Sequence record: DRR378314_251
Direction: 5' to 3' (one strand)
DNA length: 64,000 bases
The position numbers and the translations under genes were made by a program. Below the pieces are notes generated by a model. That model did not search any database and was not told where the DNA came from. It saw only the letters and a list, made by a program, of their open reading frames with translations. Within the stretch, counting starts at the first letter, position 1. Each line of letters starts with the position of its first letter. Positions 27,972-37,424 of the stretch are shown here, one piece after another.

Positions 27972-30440
27972 TCAAGGAAGAAATTCCTGATGAAAACCAT
28001 CCATAATGGCTCCAGCGTGACGTGCCCGTTCCAGAATGTCTTTCTCCAGCCATGGGAAGCAATCCCCATCACTTGACCCCGGCCTGACCGCGGGTGCCAG
28101 TTCCTTGAGCTTAGCACCATCGACGTCTACAGGGTCGGGAAAGATGCTACCAACTTCACCCAGTCCCTGGACGACGTTCCGGCGCATCCGCCGCCTGACA
28201 GGAAGCGGTGCGGTCTCCGACCATGCCTCAGATACCGACGCAACCCTGCTGGTATCATGGCCGGAAGATTGAAAGAGCTGAACAGCCGCATCACATGTCG
28301 TTTGCGCCAATTTCTTCGCAACTTGCTTCCGGCAAAGAGGCTCTGGTGGCCGCCTCGTTGTTCGCACTCCCGGATAATGTTTCAATGCATTCATTGATTC
28401 ACCCAGATAGACCCATCCATCCCGGCATTTGTACAAACCACTGAGCGGACCTTCACCTTTGGCGAGCTGACCGGAAGGCTCGTTCCAGGCCCGCCCCTCA
28501 TACGTATAGGCGAATGGTATTTGAACAAGGCTTGCCGAGGCTGCCAGGGAAACATCGATGACCTCGCCCTGTCCGGTCTCATCCCTCTTGCGGAGGGCCA
28601 TGGCGAGCCCGAAAAGACCACTGTATCCTGTCAACGCATCCACGCACGAGGCGATGGCATGCAGATCCGGCTCTCCGGGATTGCCGTATCGCGACATGAT
28701 ACCAGAGGCCGCTTGGAGGACTGGATCATACCCAGCATATTGGTCATGGGGGCCACGATGCGGACCATTAAACGCTCCAACGCGGCATATGAGGAGCCGC
28801 GGATTCCACTCATGCAATTGTTCAGACCCTATTCCCAATTGCCGCATCGCATCTGGCAAATGATTTGAGATCAAAATATCCGCTTGCTCGATCAGTGCCT
28901 TGAACACATCAAGGCCGGCACTTTCAGCTAGATCAAGGACCAGACTGGTCTTGCCGCAATTGACATCCGCGCCGTACCAGCATGTCATCCTTGGCCCGTG
29001 ATTGGGACGAGGCGGCTCCACCTTCAGGACTTCTGCGCCATATTCCGCCAAAGCGCGGCCAGCGACGGGACCAGCAACCATGGAGCTCATATCAATAACA
29101 CGCACGCCTTCCAGCCATTCTGAAGGTTTTGGCAGCGAACCATCCGACGGCACTGTTTCAGGCTTTGCTCCTGGTTTCGCAAAACGCGTGCGTGCTGAAA
29201 CAATCTTCCGTGGATCAGGCCTTGCCAATCCATCAGCAGAACTCGATAGCCAGCATTGCAGTCCCGGTTGGCGCATCTTTCCCATTCGTGGATCGGTCAG
29301 ATCAATGACGGTTCCTGATGTTTTCAATGCATCATCCTTGATCCAGTCTTCGGTCCGTTGCTGAACCGCGCAGGGAATCCCTTCTGCTCTCAAAATCTCC
29401 AGCCATTCCAGGCTGGTTTGTGTTTCAAACACGTCCGATAGATAAGATTTGAGTGCCGCCTGCCGCTTCCGTGACAGATTGGAAGTTTCAGCCAGATTGT
29501 TCGGAAGATCTCCCCCCACATAAGGACTTGTCAGAACATAACCTTCCTGCTGAACGCGGTCCGTGAGTCCTGTCACCATCAGGAGGTTTTCGGTCAACTT
29601 GCAATTATCAACCGCAAAGACATAAAGAAGCTTTCCATCCGCGCACTTGTAACTGGACATAAGTGCAGGATAAGACTTGCGCGCAATAGACAGAATTTTT
29701 TGCTGCCGCTGTGGTCCGCCACGGCGAGCGAATTGTCTGATCATGGGCAAGACGATACTTTTTACCGGGCCTGGCAAACGGGGCGTTTCATACCTTGGAG
29801 GATGCGGCTGGATGGACATGTACATACTGGTCATCGCCGAGAGCGCAGCTCCGATGCGATTGACATTGACCTGCGCCCCCCGGGTTCCATTTCTAGCGCG
29901 CAGCGCCAGTACACTCGCCGCAGCCCCATGAACCGCCGCATAAACGGAAGCGATTGGCAAAGGTGTGTAGACCGGGTCAAGACCGAACAGCCGCCGCATA
30001 AGGTGCAGGTCAGTATACTGTCCTGTCAGAGCGGCGATTACGCCATCGCTGACCTGCCCCTCCACGTCGATTGAATCAGTTTCAGAAAACGCCGAAATCG
30101 ACAGAACAACAAGGGCCGGAAACCGGCTCCGGAGGTCTTCCACGTTCAGCCCAAGGATATCCAACTCGGCTTTTTCCAGGTCATGGATGAGTATATCCGC
30201 ATCGGTTGCAAAATCGGGCACGACATCGCTCACCCGGATCGCTCCAGATTCTAATTCTTTGACTTTCTTGTTTCGGTCGAGGACGGCCCTCAAATCATCC
30301 GGCATTGCATCTGACCTGCCTGATGGTCTCAGCGCAATCGTTTCAGCGCCCTGATCAGTAAGCAGCATCCCTGCCAACCCGCCCGCGAGGTGCATGGAAA
30401 TGTCTAGCACCCGGGTGCCCGAAAGAGGCCCCCCTGTCAT
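27972..30440 (-). CDS. Family III CoA transferase with two CaiB/BaiF domains (DddD-like architecture)
   Basis: 822 aa; PLSGTRVLD and WLEGVRVID domain starts; GYDPVLQAASG; ASCVD catalytic-Asp region; LVQIPFAY...NEPSG. Confidence 0.88.
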   Translation of the reverse strand: MTGGPLSGTRVLDISMHLAGGLAGMLLTDQGAETIALRPSGRSDAMPDDLRAVLDRNKKVKELESGAIRVSDVVPDFATDADILIHDLEKAELDILGLNVEDLRSRFPALVVLSISAFSETDSIDVEGQVSDGVIAALTGQYTDLHLMRRLFGLDPVYTPLPIASVYAAVHGAAASVLALRARNGTRGAQVNVNRIGAALSAMTSMYMSIQPHPPRYETPRLPGPVKSIVLPMIRQFARRGGPQRQQKILSIARKSYPALMSSYKCADGKLLYVFAVDNCKLTENLLMVTGLTDRVQQEGYVLTSPYVGGDLPNNLAETSNLSRKRQAALKSYLSDVFETQTSLEWLEILRAEGIPCAVQQRTEDWIKDDALKTSGTVIDLTDPRMGKMRQPGLQCWLSSSADGLARPDPRKIVSARTRFAKPGAKPETVPSDGSLPKPSEWLEGVRVIDMSSMVAGPVAGRALAEYGAEVLKVEPPRPNHGPRMTCWYGADVNCGKTSLVLDLAESAGLDVFKALIEQADILISNHLPDAMRQLGIGSEQLHEWNPRLLICRVGAFNGPHRGPHDQYAGYDPVLQAASGIMSRYGNPGEPDLHAIASCVDALTGYSGLFGLAMALRKRDETGQGEVIDVSLAASASLVQIPFAYTYEGRAWNEPSGQLAKGEGPLSGLYKCRDGWVYLGESMNALKHYPGVRTTRRPPEPLCRKQVAKKLAQTTCDAAVQLFQSSGHDTSRVASVSEAWSETAPLPVRRRMRRNVVQGLGEVGSIFPDPVDVDGAKLKELAPAVRPGSSDGDCFPWLEKDILERARHAGAIMDGFHQEFLP

Positions 30441-31024
30441 GCCAGCACGAGAGTCTTGGCAGGAAATCGCGGCGTCCAGTCTTCCAACTCCACCTCAAGT
30501 CCATTGGCGAAGAAAGATATCGCATGATACCAGCCTGCCAGCAGGAGAAGCTCGGAAATCTGGCGCTCGGTAAAGAAGGTCAGAAGTCGCTCATAAACCA
30601 CCTGTGGAATACGCCCGGTATCATGCAACTCATCGACCATATCGATGATGACTGCGTCCTTTTGAGACCAGCACAGTGCACCTGAGTCGAGGTGAACAAT
30701 TGCGTAAATCTGATCATCGGTCAGCTCAGCCATTTTCCGGTAGGCAGCAACATGCACGCCCCATTCATATTCACAGTCACAGCGGGCACATACACGGTCG
30801 ATAACCAGTTCCCTGCTACGGACGTCATACGACGCACCGCCCTTGTGCTCTTCTCTCAGAAAGTAAGCTCCAAGCGGGCCCATCGCTTCGACAAAGGGCA
30901 TATTCCGGACGAAAGTCCGGAATATCTTTAGCGGTTCAACATCCTTATCGCTGCGCATCATGGCTTTTAACCGCTTTGCGATTTCCGGATCATAGGGCGG
31001 GTCAATATGGGGAATGCGTGACAT
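30437..31024 (-). CDS. Carboxymuconolactone decarboxylase family protein
   Basis: MSRIPHIDPPY, RELVIDRVCARCDCEYEWGVH, AGWYHAISF; AGGAG RBS; 4-nt overlap with the CoA transferase. Confidence 0.9.
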   Translation of the reverse strand: MSRIPHIDPPYDPEIAKRLKAMMRSDKDVEPLKIFRTFVRNMPFVEAMGPLGAYFLREEHKGGASYDVRSRELVIDRVCARCDCEYEWGVHVAAYRKMAELTDDQIYAIVHLDSGALCWSQKDAVIIDMVDELHDTGRIPQVVYERLLTFFTERQISELLLLAGWYHAISFFANGLEVELEDWTPRFPAKTLVLA

Positions 31025-31090
31025 GCTTTGGGCTCCTGAAAGCTGCTTGAAACAAAGCCATCGGCAGGTGCTGCCGATCACTCTGCAGTC

Positions 31091-31143
31091 GATACCGTTT
31101 TCGTAGCATTTTCGCTTTGACTTGTCGATACGATTTTCGTAGT
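31091..31143. promoter_or_regulatory. Tandem operator pair GATAC-N7-GTA
   Basis: GATACCGTTTTCGTAGC (31091) and GATACGATTTTCGTAGT (31127), 36 nt apart; the same pair recurs at 60397/60433. Confidence 0.8.
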
Positions 31144-31184
31144 ACGTCGGCACCACTGAACAGTCTCTTCGGGAAATTCAACCA

Positions 31185-32030
31185 ATGGCCAGTTTCGAGC
31201 AGATACAGACTTTCATTGAAGTCGCGCGGGCAACCAGCTTTATTCAGGCGGCCCGCAAACTGAATATTCCGCGCTCGACAGTTACAGCCCGGATCAACGC
31301 CCTGGAGGACCGCCTGAACACGCGCCTGCTGCACCGAACAACACGGTCAGTATCGCTAACGGATGAAGGTCAGCGATATTTCAACAGTTGCGCAGCAGCC
31401 ATGGACAGCCTGTCGCGGGTTGAAGACGACCTTACATCGAACCGGGCACCTGTTGGCCTGATCCGAATGTCTATCCCTCTGGACTTTCCAAAATGCATAC
31501 TTGCCACGCTCACAAGCGAGTTCGTGCAGACATATCCTGATGTCACCTTCCAGATCCATGTAAGCGATACGATGGTAGACCTCGTAGCAGATGCATTTGA
31601 TATAGCGTTACGGGGCCGGCATCCTGGAAGTGACAGTCTCATTGCACGCAAGCTGAAATCAGAGCCACTTATCCTTCTTGCACCTGGAAATTCCGGCTCT
31701 GAACGTCTGACACAAGAGGAATTTGATCAGCTTTCAATCATTGATCCAACAGGCATTGTCCGTCCAGTTTACTCTTCAACGCCGAATGCTGGCGGGATAG
31801 AATCCGGAAACTTTGAAATGGCAAAAGCTATCGCCAAAGCAAGAGGAATGTTTCTGATTGTTCCTCAAGGCCTCGCGCGCTCAGAGATAGAGGAAGGCAC
31901 CTTTCACATGGCCGAACCGCCAGTACCGCTTCCTGAAATCCCACTCTATTACGTCTTGCCGTCTCGTGATTTCGTTCCCCATCGGGTTCGCCTGTTCGCA
32001 GACTTCCTGGCAACCCGGTTAAAGGCCTGA
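31185..32030 (+). CDS. LysR family regulator (CrgA-like)
   Basis: SFIQAARKLNIPRSTVTARINALE...LLHRTTRSVSLT; RVRLFADFL. Confidence 0.92.
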   Translation: MASFEQIQTFIEVARATSFIQAARKLNIPRSTVTARINALEDRLNTRLLHRTTRSVSLTDEGQRYFNSCAAAMDSLSRVEDDLTSNRAPVGLIRMSIPLDFPKCILATLTSEFVQTYPDVTFQIHVSDTMVDLVADAFDIALRGRHPGSDSLIARKLKSEPLILLAPGNSGSERLTQEEFDQLSIIDPTGIVRPVYSSTPNAGGIESGNFEMAKAIAKARGMFLIVPQGLARSEIEEGTFHMAEPPVPLPEIPLYYVLPSRDFVPHRVRLFADFLATRLKA

Positions 32031-33242
32031 TCCGTTTGCCCCGGCGCGGCCCGCCAGTGCAATGATTTCATTCTGATCAGCGCTTTGAAAAATGTACAGG
32101 GCCCGCGCGATCATCTTGATGTTCGCAGTGATCGACAGACGTAGATGCCCGGGCATGCCGACTATGGAGCCTGGCAGGCAATAGACGCCACGCTTTGCCA
32201 GCCAGTCGGCATACAGCGCATCATCCGAAATGGGCGTTCTCGGTGTGACATAAAAGGCCCCCTCCGGTGAAGCTGTAACGAGTCCGGCCTGGTTCAATCC
32301 CTCTACCAGCAAATCCCGATGGGACTGGAGTTCGGCAATGTCAGGCTGTAATCGCTCAAGGTCTTCAATTGCATACTGCATCACTGCACTGCTCATCGCC
32401 CAGCCATTCAGTATCTGAGCGCAGCGGATCGCTTCACGTATCTTGTCAGACTGATTCAGACCGGGCGTCATGGCGATATAACCAAGTCGCTGTCCTGGCG
32501 TCAGCAGTGTCTTTCCATATGTGTAGACGAGAAAGGACTGGTCATAAAATCTTGTCGGGCTCACATAAGCCGCGTCATCAAAGCAAATTGTCCTGTAGGC
32601 TTCATCCGAGATCAGATGGATTGGACGCCCAAAACGCAGACTTGCCGAGCGCAGCACGGCGGCTAGTTCTTGCAGTGTGGAGTCCGGATAGATTCGTCCC
32701 GTCGGATTGTTTGGCGAATTGATAATCACACAGCTGGTTGCGGGTGAAAGCTCAGCCTCGATCGCTGCGACATCGAGATCAAAATCTGATTTGACGGGTA
32801 CCGGACGCGGAACGCCCCCCTGATTGCAGATCATGCCTTCATAGAAGAACCAGTGCGGGCTGGGATAAACCACCTCCTCGCCAGGCCCTATAAGAACATT
32901 CATCAAGACCATCAGCGCGCCCGTCGCGCCATTGGTCAGAAAAACATCTTCCGGCCGCCAGTCCCGTCCATCACGCGCGCATAGACCCTGACTGACAATA
33001 GATCGGGCCTCCGGCTCGTTCATCTTGTAGGCATACCATTCCGGATTGAGTGGCTTGGCTGCTTTACTGACGGCCCTGACAAATCCTTCCATGGGCATGT
33101 CCTGCGGGTTTCCGAGCGCAAGGTCACAGGCATCGGCAGCCCCTGCCCGTTTCCAGTCTTCATAGCGTTGAAGAAAATCAAGCACACCCCTGGTTGCTGA
33201 GTAACCACGCCTGAGGCGCTCTGGAAAGATACCCGTCTCCAT
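32019..33242 (-). CDS. Class I/II PLP-dependent aminotransferase
   Basis: DLALGNP, INSPNNPTG, SDEAY, YGKTLLTPGQRLGY, LRLS. Confidence 0.92.
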   Translation of the reverse strand: METGIFPERLRRGYSATRGVLDFLQRYEDWKRAGAADACDLALGNPQDMPMEGFVRAVSKAAKPLNPEWYAYKMNEPEARSIVSQGLCARDGRDWRPEDVFLTNGATGALMVLMNVLIGPGEEVVYPSPHWFFYEGMICNQGGVPRPVPVKSDFDLDVAAIEAELSPATSCVIINSPNNPTGRIYPDSTLQELAAVLRSASLRFGRPIHLISDEAYRTICFDDAAYVSPTRFYDQSFLVYTYGKTLLTPGQRLGYIAMTPGLNQSDKIREAIRCAQILNGWAMSSAVMQYAIEDLERLQPDIAELQSHRDLLVEGLNQAGLVTASPEGAFYVTPRTPISDDALYADWLAKRGVYCLPGSIVGMPGHLRLSITANIKMIARALYIFQSADQNEIIALAGRAGANGSGL

Positions 33243-33534
33243 AATGAGAAATCCTTGAGATTTTTGACTGTTTTGCGGCTCGCTCTCACCTTCTGTTCCA
33301 GACTGCAGGATTGGCTAGCACTGATTTTGTGAACACAGTGTCTGAGCATTCTCACTTCACAGATTTTCCCGCCCATCCCCATAGACTGTGCCAAATAATT
33401 GCATTGTTGGGGTAAGCTAAAATTCCGGGGACAGATTCACCCCTCGACCGCAATATTCCAGGAAATGCGGATGTCCTCACCAGATTTGCAGTCCAACCGC
33501 AAACTGACTGATGATAACGAATTCGAGCCGTCAA

Positions 33535-34158
33535 TCATGGACGTATCTGGAGCATCATCAGACGGATGCTCCCGGAAAAGAAAACTGTCGCGAATCCAGC
33601 TTCGATATAGCGCCGAAACCTGGAATAGGCTTTCATGACCGGTGCACAGGCAAACAAGACCGCGTAGCCGAAGAATATTGTCGCACCAATCAACGCAAGT
33701 GTCAGAATGACAGCCACCACTTGCCCAGCGCTCGCTTCATCAGGAATTGACAGAGCGTAGAGAGACCCAAAAAAGAATATGGCCTTTGGATTTGTAAGGT
33801 GAAGCCCAAGACCTCTGATGAAGCAGGCGCCACAGGAACTGGTATTTTCCTGGAAGGGCTCATTTGCCTTCTTTCGTAAAGCTGAAGCCCCTGCCCGTAT
33901 TGCCAGGTACAGGAGATAGACTGCGCCGGCATAGCGAATGACTTCAAACAGCCAGGCATTCGCAACCATGATTGCACCCATTCCGAGCGCCGCAGTCACG
34001 GACCAAATGACCGACCCGGCAAGAATACCGGCAGCCGTAGATAGACCGCGAGCTACGCCGGACGTCATGGATGTGTTTGCGATAGCAAGTGTGGCAGGAC
34101 CTGGGCTCGCCATGACGGCGACAGCAGACATGATGATTAATTCAAATTCGAGTTGCAT
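33535..34158 (-). CDS. LysE/RhtB family amino acid exporter
   Basis: SPGP, GAVYLLYLA, LTNPKAIFF. Confidence 0.92.
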   Translation of the reverse strand: MQLEFELIIMSAVAVMASPGPATLAIANTSMTSGVARGLSTAAGILAGSVIWSVTAALGMGAIMVANAWLFEVIRYAGAVYLLYLAIRAGASALRKKANEPFQENTSSCGACFIRGLGLHLTNPKAIFFFGSLYALSIPDEASAGQVVAVILTLALIGATIFFGYAVLFACAPVMKAYSRFRRYIEAGFATVFFSGSIRLMMLQIRP

Positions 34159-34306
34159 GTCTGCTCCGATGTCATCCTGGGCGACATGTCTTGCGAAACG
34201 CGAAGCATATCAGATGGCGCCCCCCATCAATTGCAATGCGGGAAAATTGGAGCAAGTTCGAACTCAACCCAAAAATTTGAACACAGATGTCAATTTAAAC
34301 ATACAC

Positions 34307-35626
34307 TCAGTTGCAAGCAGGTGTCAGCTGAAACCCTTTCGCTGTCATGAAGCCAATTTGCGACATCAATCGGTAATCCGCCATCAAGCCATCATGTTGG
34401 GCTTCCAACAGATCAACCCGTATTTCCAACAGCTCCTGTTCGGCATCAAGCACATCCAATGTCGTTCTCTGTCCGTTGTCGGCCTCCCGGCTGGTACCCG
34501 TCAGGGCAAGGCTTGCCGCCTCAATACCAATTTCCAACGCCCGGACACGCTCTCGGCTTGCGGCGGCTAACTCAAGAGCCTGCTGAACGCCTTCGGTAAT
34601 CGCGCGCCTGATATCTGCCAGCTCGGCGTTTCGCGCCATGAGTTCGGCTCGCGCTTCACGCGTTCTGGATGTACCAGCCCCTCCCTGATAGAATGGAACC
34701 CGTACCCTGACCCCGATTTGGGCCATGTCGGTCTCCCCGGCGACAGGGAACTGATCCTTTTGCCGCCCGACACTTGCGACAATAGAGGCATTCGGACGTA
34801 GGCCGCTATGTGCGATTTCAAGGTCGGCCTTGGCCATGTCCAGCCTATCCGAAAACCCCACAAGTCCGGGATTGTTTATGTAGGCCAATTCGAGAATCTT
34901 ACGCTCGCCGAACTTGCTGAACTCATACGACTGCACGGGCACTGGAAGCGTTACATCCAATCCTGAAACGCGCCGGAGCGAAGCCCGGGAACTTTCCAGC
35001 ATCGCCTCTGCCGCTCGAGCCTGAGCTTCGGCCGCAGCCAGCCTCGCCTCAGATTGCGCAACATCGGTAAGCGTGATCTCACCCACGCTGAACCGTGCCC
35101 GCGCCTGCTCCAGGCGCCTGGTGAGTATGAAAATGTTTCTTCGGCGAAGTGCCAGAATTTCCGTTTGCATCCTGACTGACAGATAGGCTTCAGCAGTCGT
35201 AAGAAAGATGCGTTGCTCCACCCCAACAACAGCTGCCTCCCTAACGCCTACCCCGCTTTCAGCACGGCTTGTCGCTGCCGCTACTTTTCCGCCAGTGTAG
35301 AGCGGCTTTTCCAGCACCACTCCATATCGAGATGGATGGACTGAGATGCGGCCAAGTCCCTCTCTGTCAACTTCAGCCATGCCAGCATAGATCTCGCCCG
35401 TGACCCTCAGGCGATTGGCAGCTTTTGCCTGTGCCAACTTTTCCGTCGAAACGTCCACCCTGCTCCTGGCAGCCGCCAATTCCGAATTGGTGCAATATGC
35501 ATTGCTCAACGCGTCCTCAAGCGTCTGAGCCATGCTGGCATTCTGGAAAAACATCACTGCAAATGGAGCAGACAGCACGGCCTGAAACAGTCTGAGCAGA
35601 CTTTTATGCCCACGAACTACCACCAT
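34307..35626 (-). CDS. TolC family outer membrane protein
   Basis: TLEDAL...NSEL, PLYTGG, GEITLTDVAQSEAR, GQRTTLDVLDAEQE; 1-nt overlap with tetR. Confidence 0.92.
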   Translation of the reverse strand: MVVVRGHKSLLRLFQAVLSAPFAVMFFQNASMAQTLEDALSNAYCTNSELAAARSRVDVSTEKLAQAKAANRLRVTGEIYAGMAEVDREGLGRISVHPSRYGVVLEKPLYTGGKVAAATSRAESGVGVREAAVVGVEQRIFLTTAEAYLSVRMQTEILALRRRNIFILTRRLEQARARFSVGEITLTDVAQSEARLAAAEAQARAAEAMLESSRASLRRVSGLDVTLPVPVQSYEFSKFGERKILELAYINNPGLVGFSDRLDMAKADLEIAHSGLRPNASIVASVGRQKDQFPVAGETDMAQIGVRVRVPFYQGGAGTSRTREARAELMARNAELADIRRAITEGVQQALELAAASRERVRALEIGIEAASLALTGTSREADNGQRTTLDVLDAEQELLEIRVDLLEAQHDGLMADYRLMSQIGFMTAKGFQLTPACN

Positions 35627-36255
35627 CAGCGTACTGTCCTCAGATTGGTGCCCTTGAGAAACTGATCGACGGCACCTTCGACAGTCTGCTCAAGCTCTTT
35701 TTTCGTGGGCTCGCGTCCAGCAAAAATGGCTTCCAGATGCAGATTTCCACGGATTGCCCCCAGCAATTGGGCGGCCGCGCGCTCTGGGTCCTGAACCTGA
35801 ATTATCCGTTCGTTTGAAGCATCCGCGAGAACAGCTGCCACCAGACGGCTCGCTTTGGCCGGCCCCTGCCGGTAGAAGGTTTCGGCGAGTTCTGGAAAAT
35901 GCTGGGCTTCCGCACTAACTGTCCGGAAAAGCGCTCGGCCGACCGGTGACAGAAGCACATCAAGGTAACGTGTCCCCATCAAGATCAACTGCTCTCTCAG
36001 GCCAGCCGCACCAAGGTCCGGCTCCAATGCGTCCAGCACTTTACCGGATACGTACTCAATCATCGCAACAAACAGCTCGTCCTTGCTCCGAAAGTATCTG
36101 TACAGCGTTCGCTTGGACCCTCCGACGCGGGCCTGGATCTGATCCATACTGGATCGTCCATACCCTTCCTGGAGAAATATGGATTCTGCGGCTTGAAGGA
36201 TCTCAACCCGTTTATCGAATTCTCGCCCCGACGGCCGATTTACGTCCTTGTTCAT
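35626..36255 (-). CDS. TetR/AcrR family regulator
   Basis: ILQAAESIF...GGSKRTLYRYFRSKDELF; FPELAETFY. Confidence 0.93.
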   Translation of the reverse strand: MNKDVNRPSGREFDKRVEILQAAESIFLQEGYGRSSMDQIQARVGGSKRTLYRYFRSKDELFVAMIEYVSGKVLDALEPDLGAAGLREQLILMGTRYLDVLLSPVGRALFRTVSAEAQHFPELAETFYRQGPAKASRLVAAVLADASNERIIQVQDPERAAAQLLGAIRGNLHLEAIFAGREPTKKELEQTVEGAVDQFLKGTNLRTVR

Positions 36256-36271
36256 GCCAACTCCTTAACTT

Positions 36272-36314
36272 GCCACTTGACGGGTACTGTACCGTACCGT
36301 ACCAGTCAAGTGGC
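36272..36314. promoter_or_regulatory. Palindromic divergent promoter/TetR operator
   Basis: GCCACTTGAC...GTCAAGTGGC perfect 10-bp arms, each carrying TTGAC, enclosing GTAC repeats. Confidence 0.7.
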
Positions 36315-36339
36315 TTGAACTCCAGGAAAGAGGCCCTTC

Positions 36340-37419
36340 GTGAAACCAATTATCAAAAGGATCATAATCATTCTGGCATTTGTCAGCCTTCTCACCATCC
36401 TTGCCTGGCTCTCTATGAATTGGTGGATAGCAAACGCTACGCAGCAAAAGACAGACAATGCCTATCTCCGTACACAAATCGTATCGGTATCGCCTGAAGT
36501 GTCCGGCTATGTATCCCGGCTGCTTGTTGATGATCACGAACTGGTTGAAGCGGGGGATACTTTGTTTGAAGTTGATCCGTCAGACTTTCAAGCACGTCGA
36601 GACCAGGCTCTTGCTGCATATAATGCGACCTTGTCTGCCCTTCGCACACTCGAGGCTGAACGCATGCTCCAATCGTCACTGATACAGCAAGCTGAAGCCG
36701 GATTGCGCGCCGCCCAGGCAGAAGCCCTGCGGGCGAGACAGGACCGAAACCGCGTTGAGAATCTTGTCCAGGACGGCTGGACGACTGGCCAGCGTCAGGA
36801 AACCGCTGTTGCCATGGAAACAAAGGCTGATGCAGCTGTGGCACAGGCTCAAGCCGCCCTGGCATCCAGCCATCAAAAATTGGCGGTCCTGGACGCAAGA
36901 AAAGATCAGCTTCTCGCAAATTCCGAACAGGCAAAGGCGGCGCTTGACCTAGCAGAACATACTTTGGAGAAAACAATTGTCAGGGCTCCGATCTCCGGAC
37001 GCATCGGAAACAGGAAAGTGGAGCCCGGGCAATATGTAAGGCCTGGCGCGTCCCTTCTCTCAATCGTTGCCAATGACACACCTTGGATCATCGCAAATTT
37101 CAAGGAAACTCAACTGGGTGGCATTGTTCCGGGTCAAAAGGTGAGTGTGCGTGTCGATTCAATCCCAGACCACACTTTTGAAGCATACATTGAGAGCCTT
37201 GCGCCAGCCAGCGGCGCAGAATTCAGTTTGCTCCCTCCGGACAATGCCACCGGCAACTTCATTCGAGTCGTTCAAAGAATTCCTGTAAAAATTCTGTTTG
37301 CTGAAGACCAGGTCCGGTTGAGCGAACTGCGTGCGGGCATGTCCGCAAAAGTCACGGTTGATGCCCATGACCGGCTGACGACGGAGATCGTCAAGACGTC
37401 GTCTGCCAACAGGCCATAA
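36340..37419 (+). CDS. HlyD/EmrA family efflux membrane fusion protein
   Basis: TDNAY, VSPEVSG, ANFKETQL, FSLLPPDNATGNFIRVVQRIPV; GTG start. Confidence 0.95.
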   Translation: MKPIIKRIIIILAFVSLLTILAWLSMNWWIANATQQKTDNAYLRTQIVSVSPEVSGYVSRLLVDDHELVEAGDTLFEVDPSDFQARRDQALAAYNATLSALRTLEAERMLQSSLIQQAEAGLRAAQAEALRARQDRNRVENLVQDGWTTGQRQETAVAMETKADAAVAQAQAALASSHQKLAVLDARKDQLLANSEQAKAALDLAEHTLEKTIVRAPISGRIGNRKVEPGQYVRPGASLLSIVANDTPWIIANFKETQLGGIVPGQKVSVRVDSIPDHTFEAYIESLAPASGAEFSLLPPDNATGNFIRVVQRIPVKILFAEDQVRLSELRAGMSAKVTVDAHDRLTTEIVKTSSANRP

Positions 37420-37424
37420 CCCTG

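Noticed and set aside
27972-30440. Naming the gene dddD
   Set aside because: Similarity is distant and recalled from memory; typical ddd neighbours are absent
36284-36303. GTACC tandem repeat as CRISPR or VNTR
   Set aside because: Only four short units inside an operator palindrome; no spacers or cas genes
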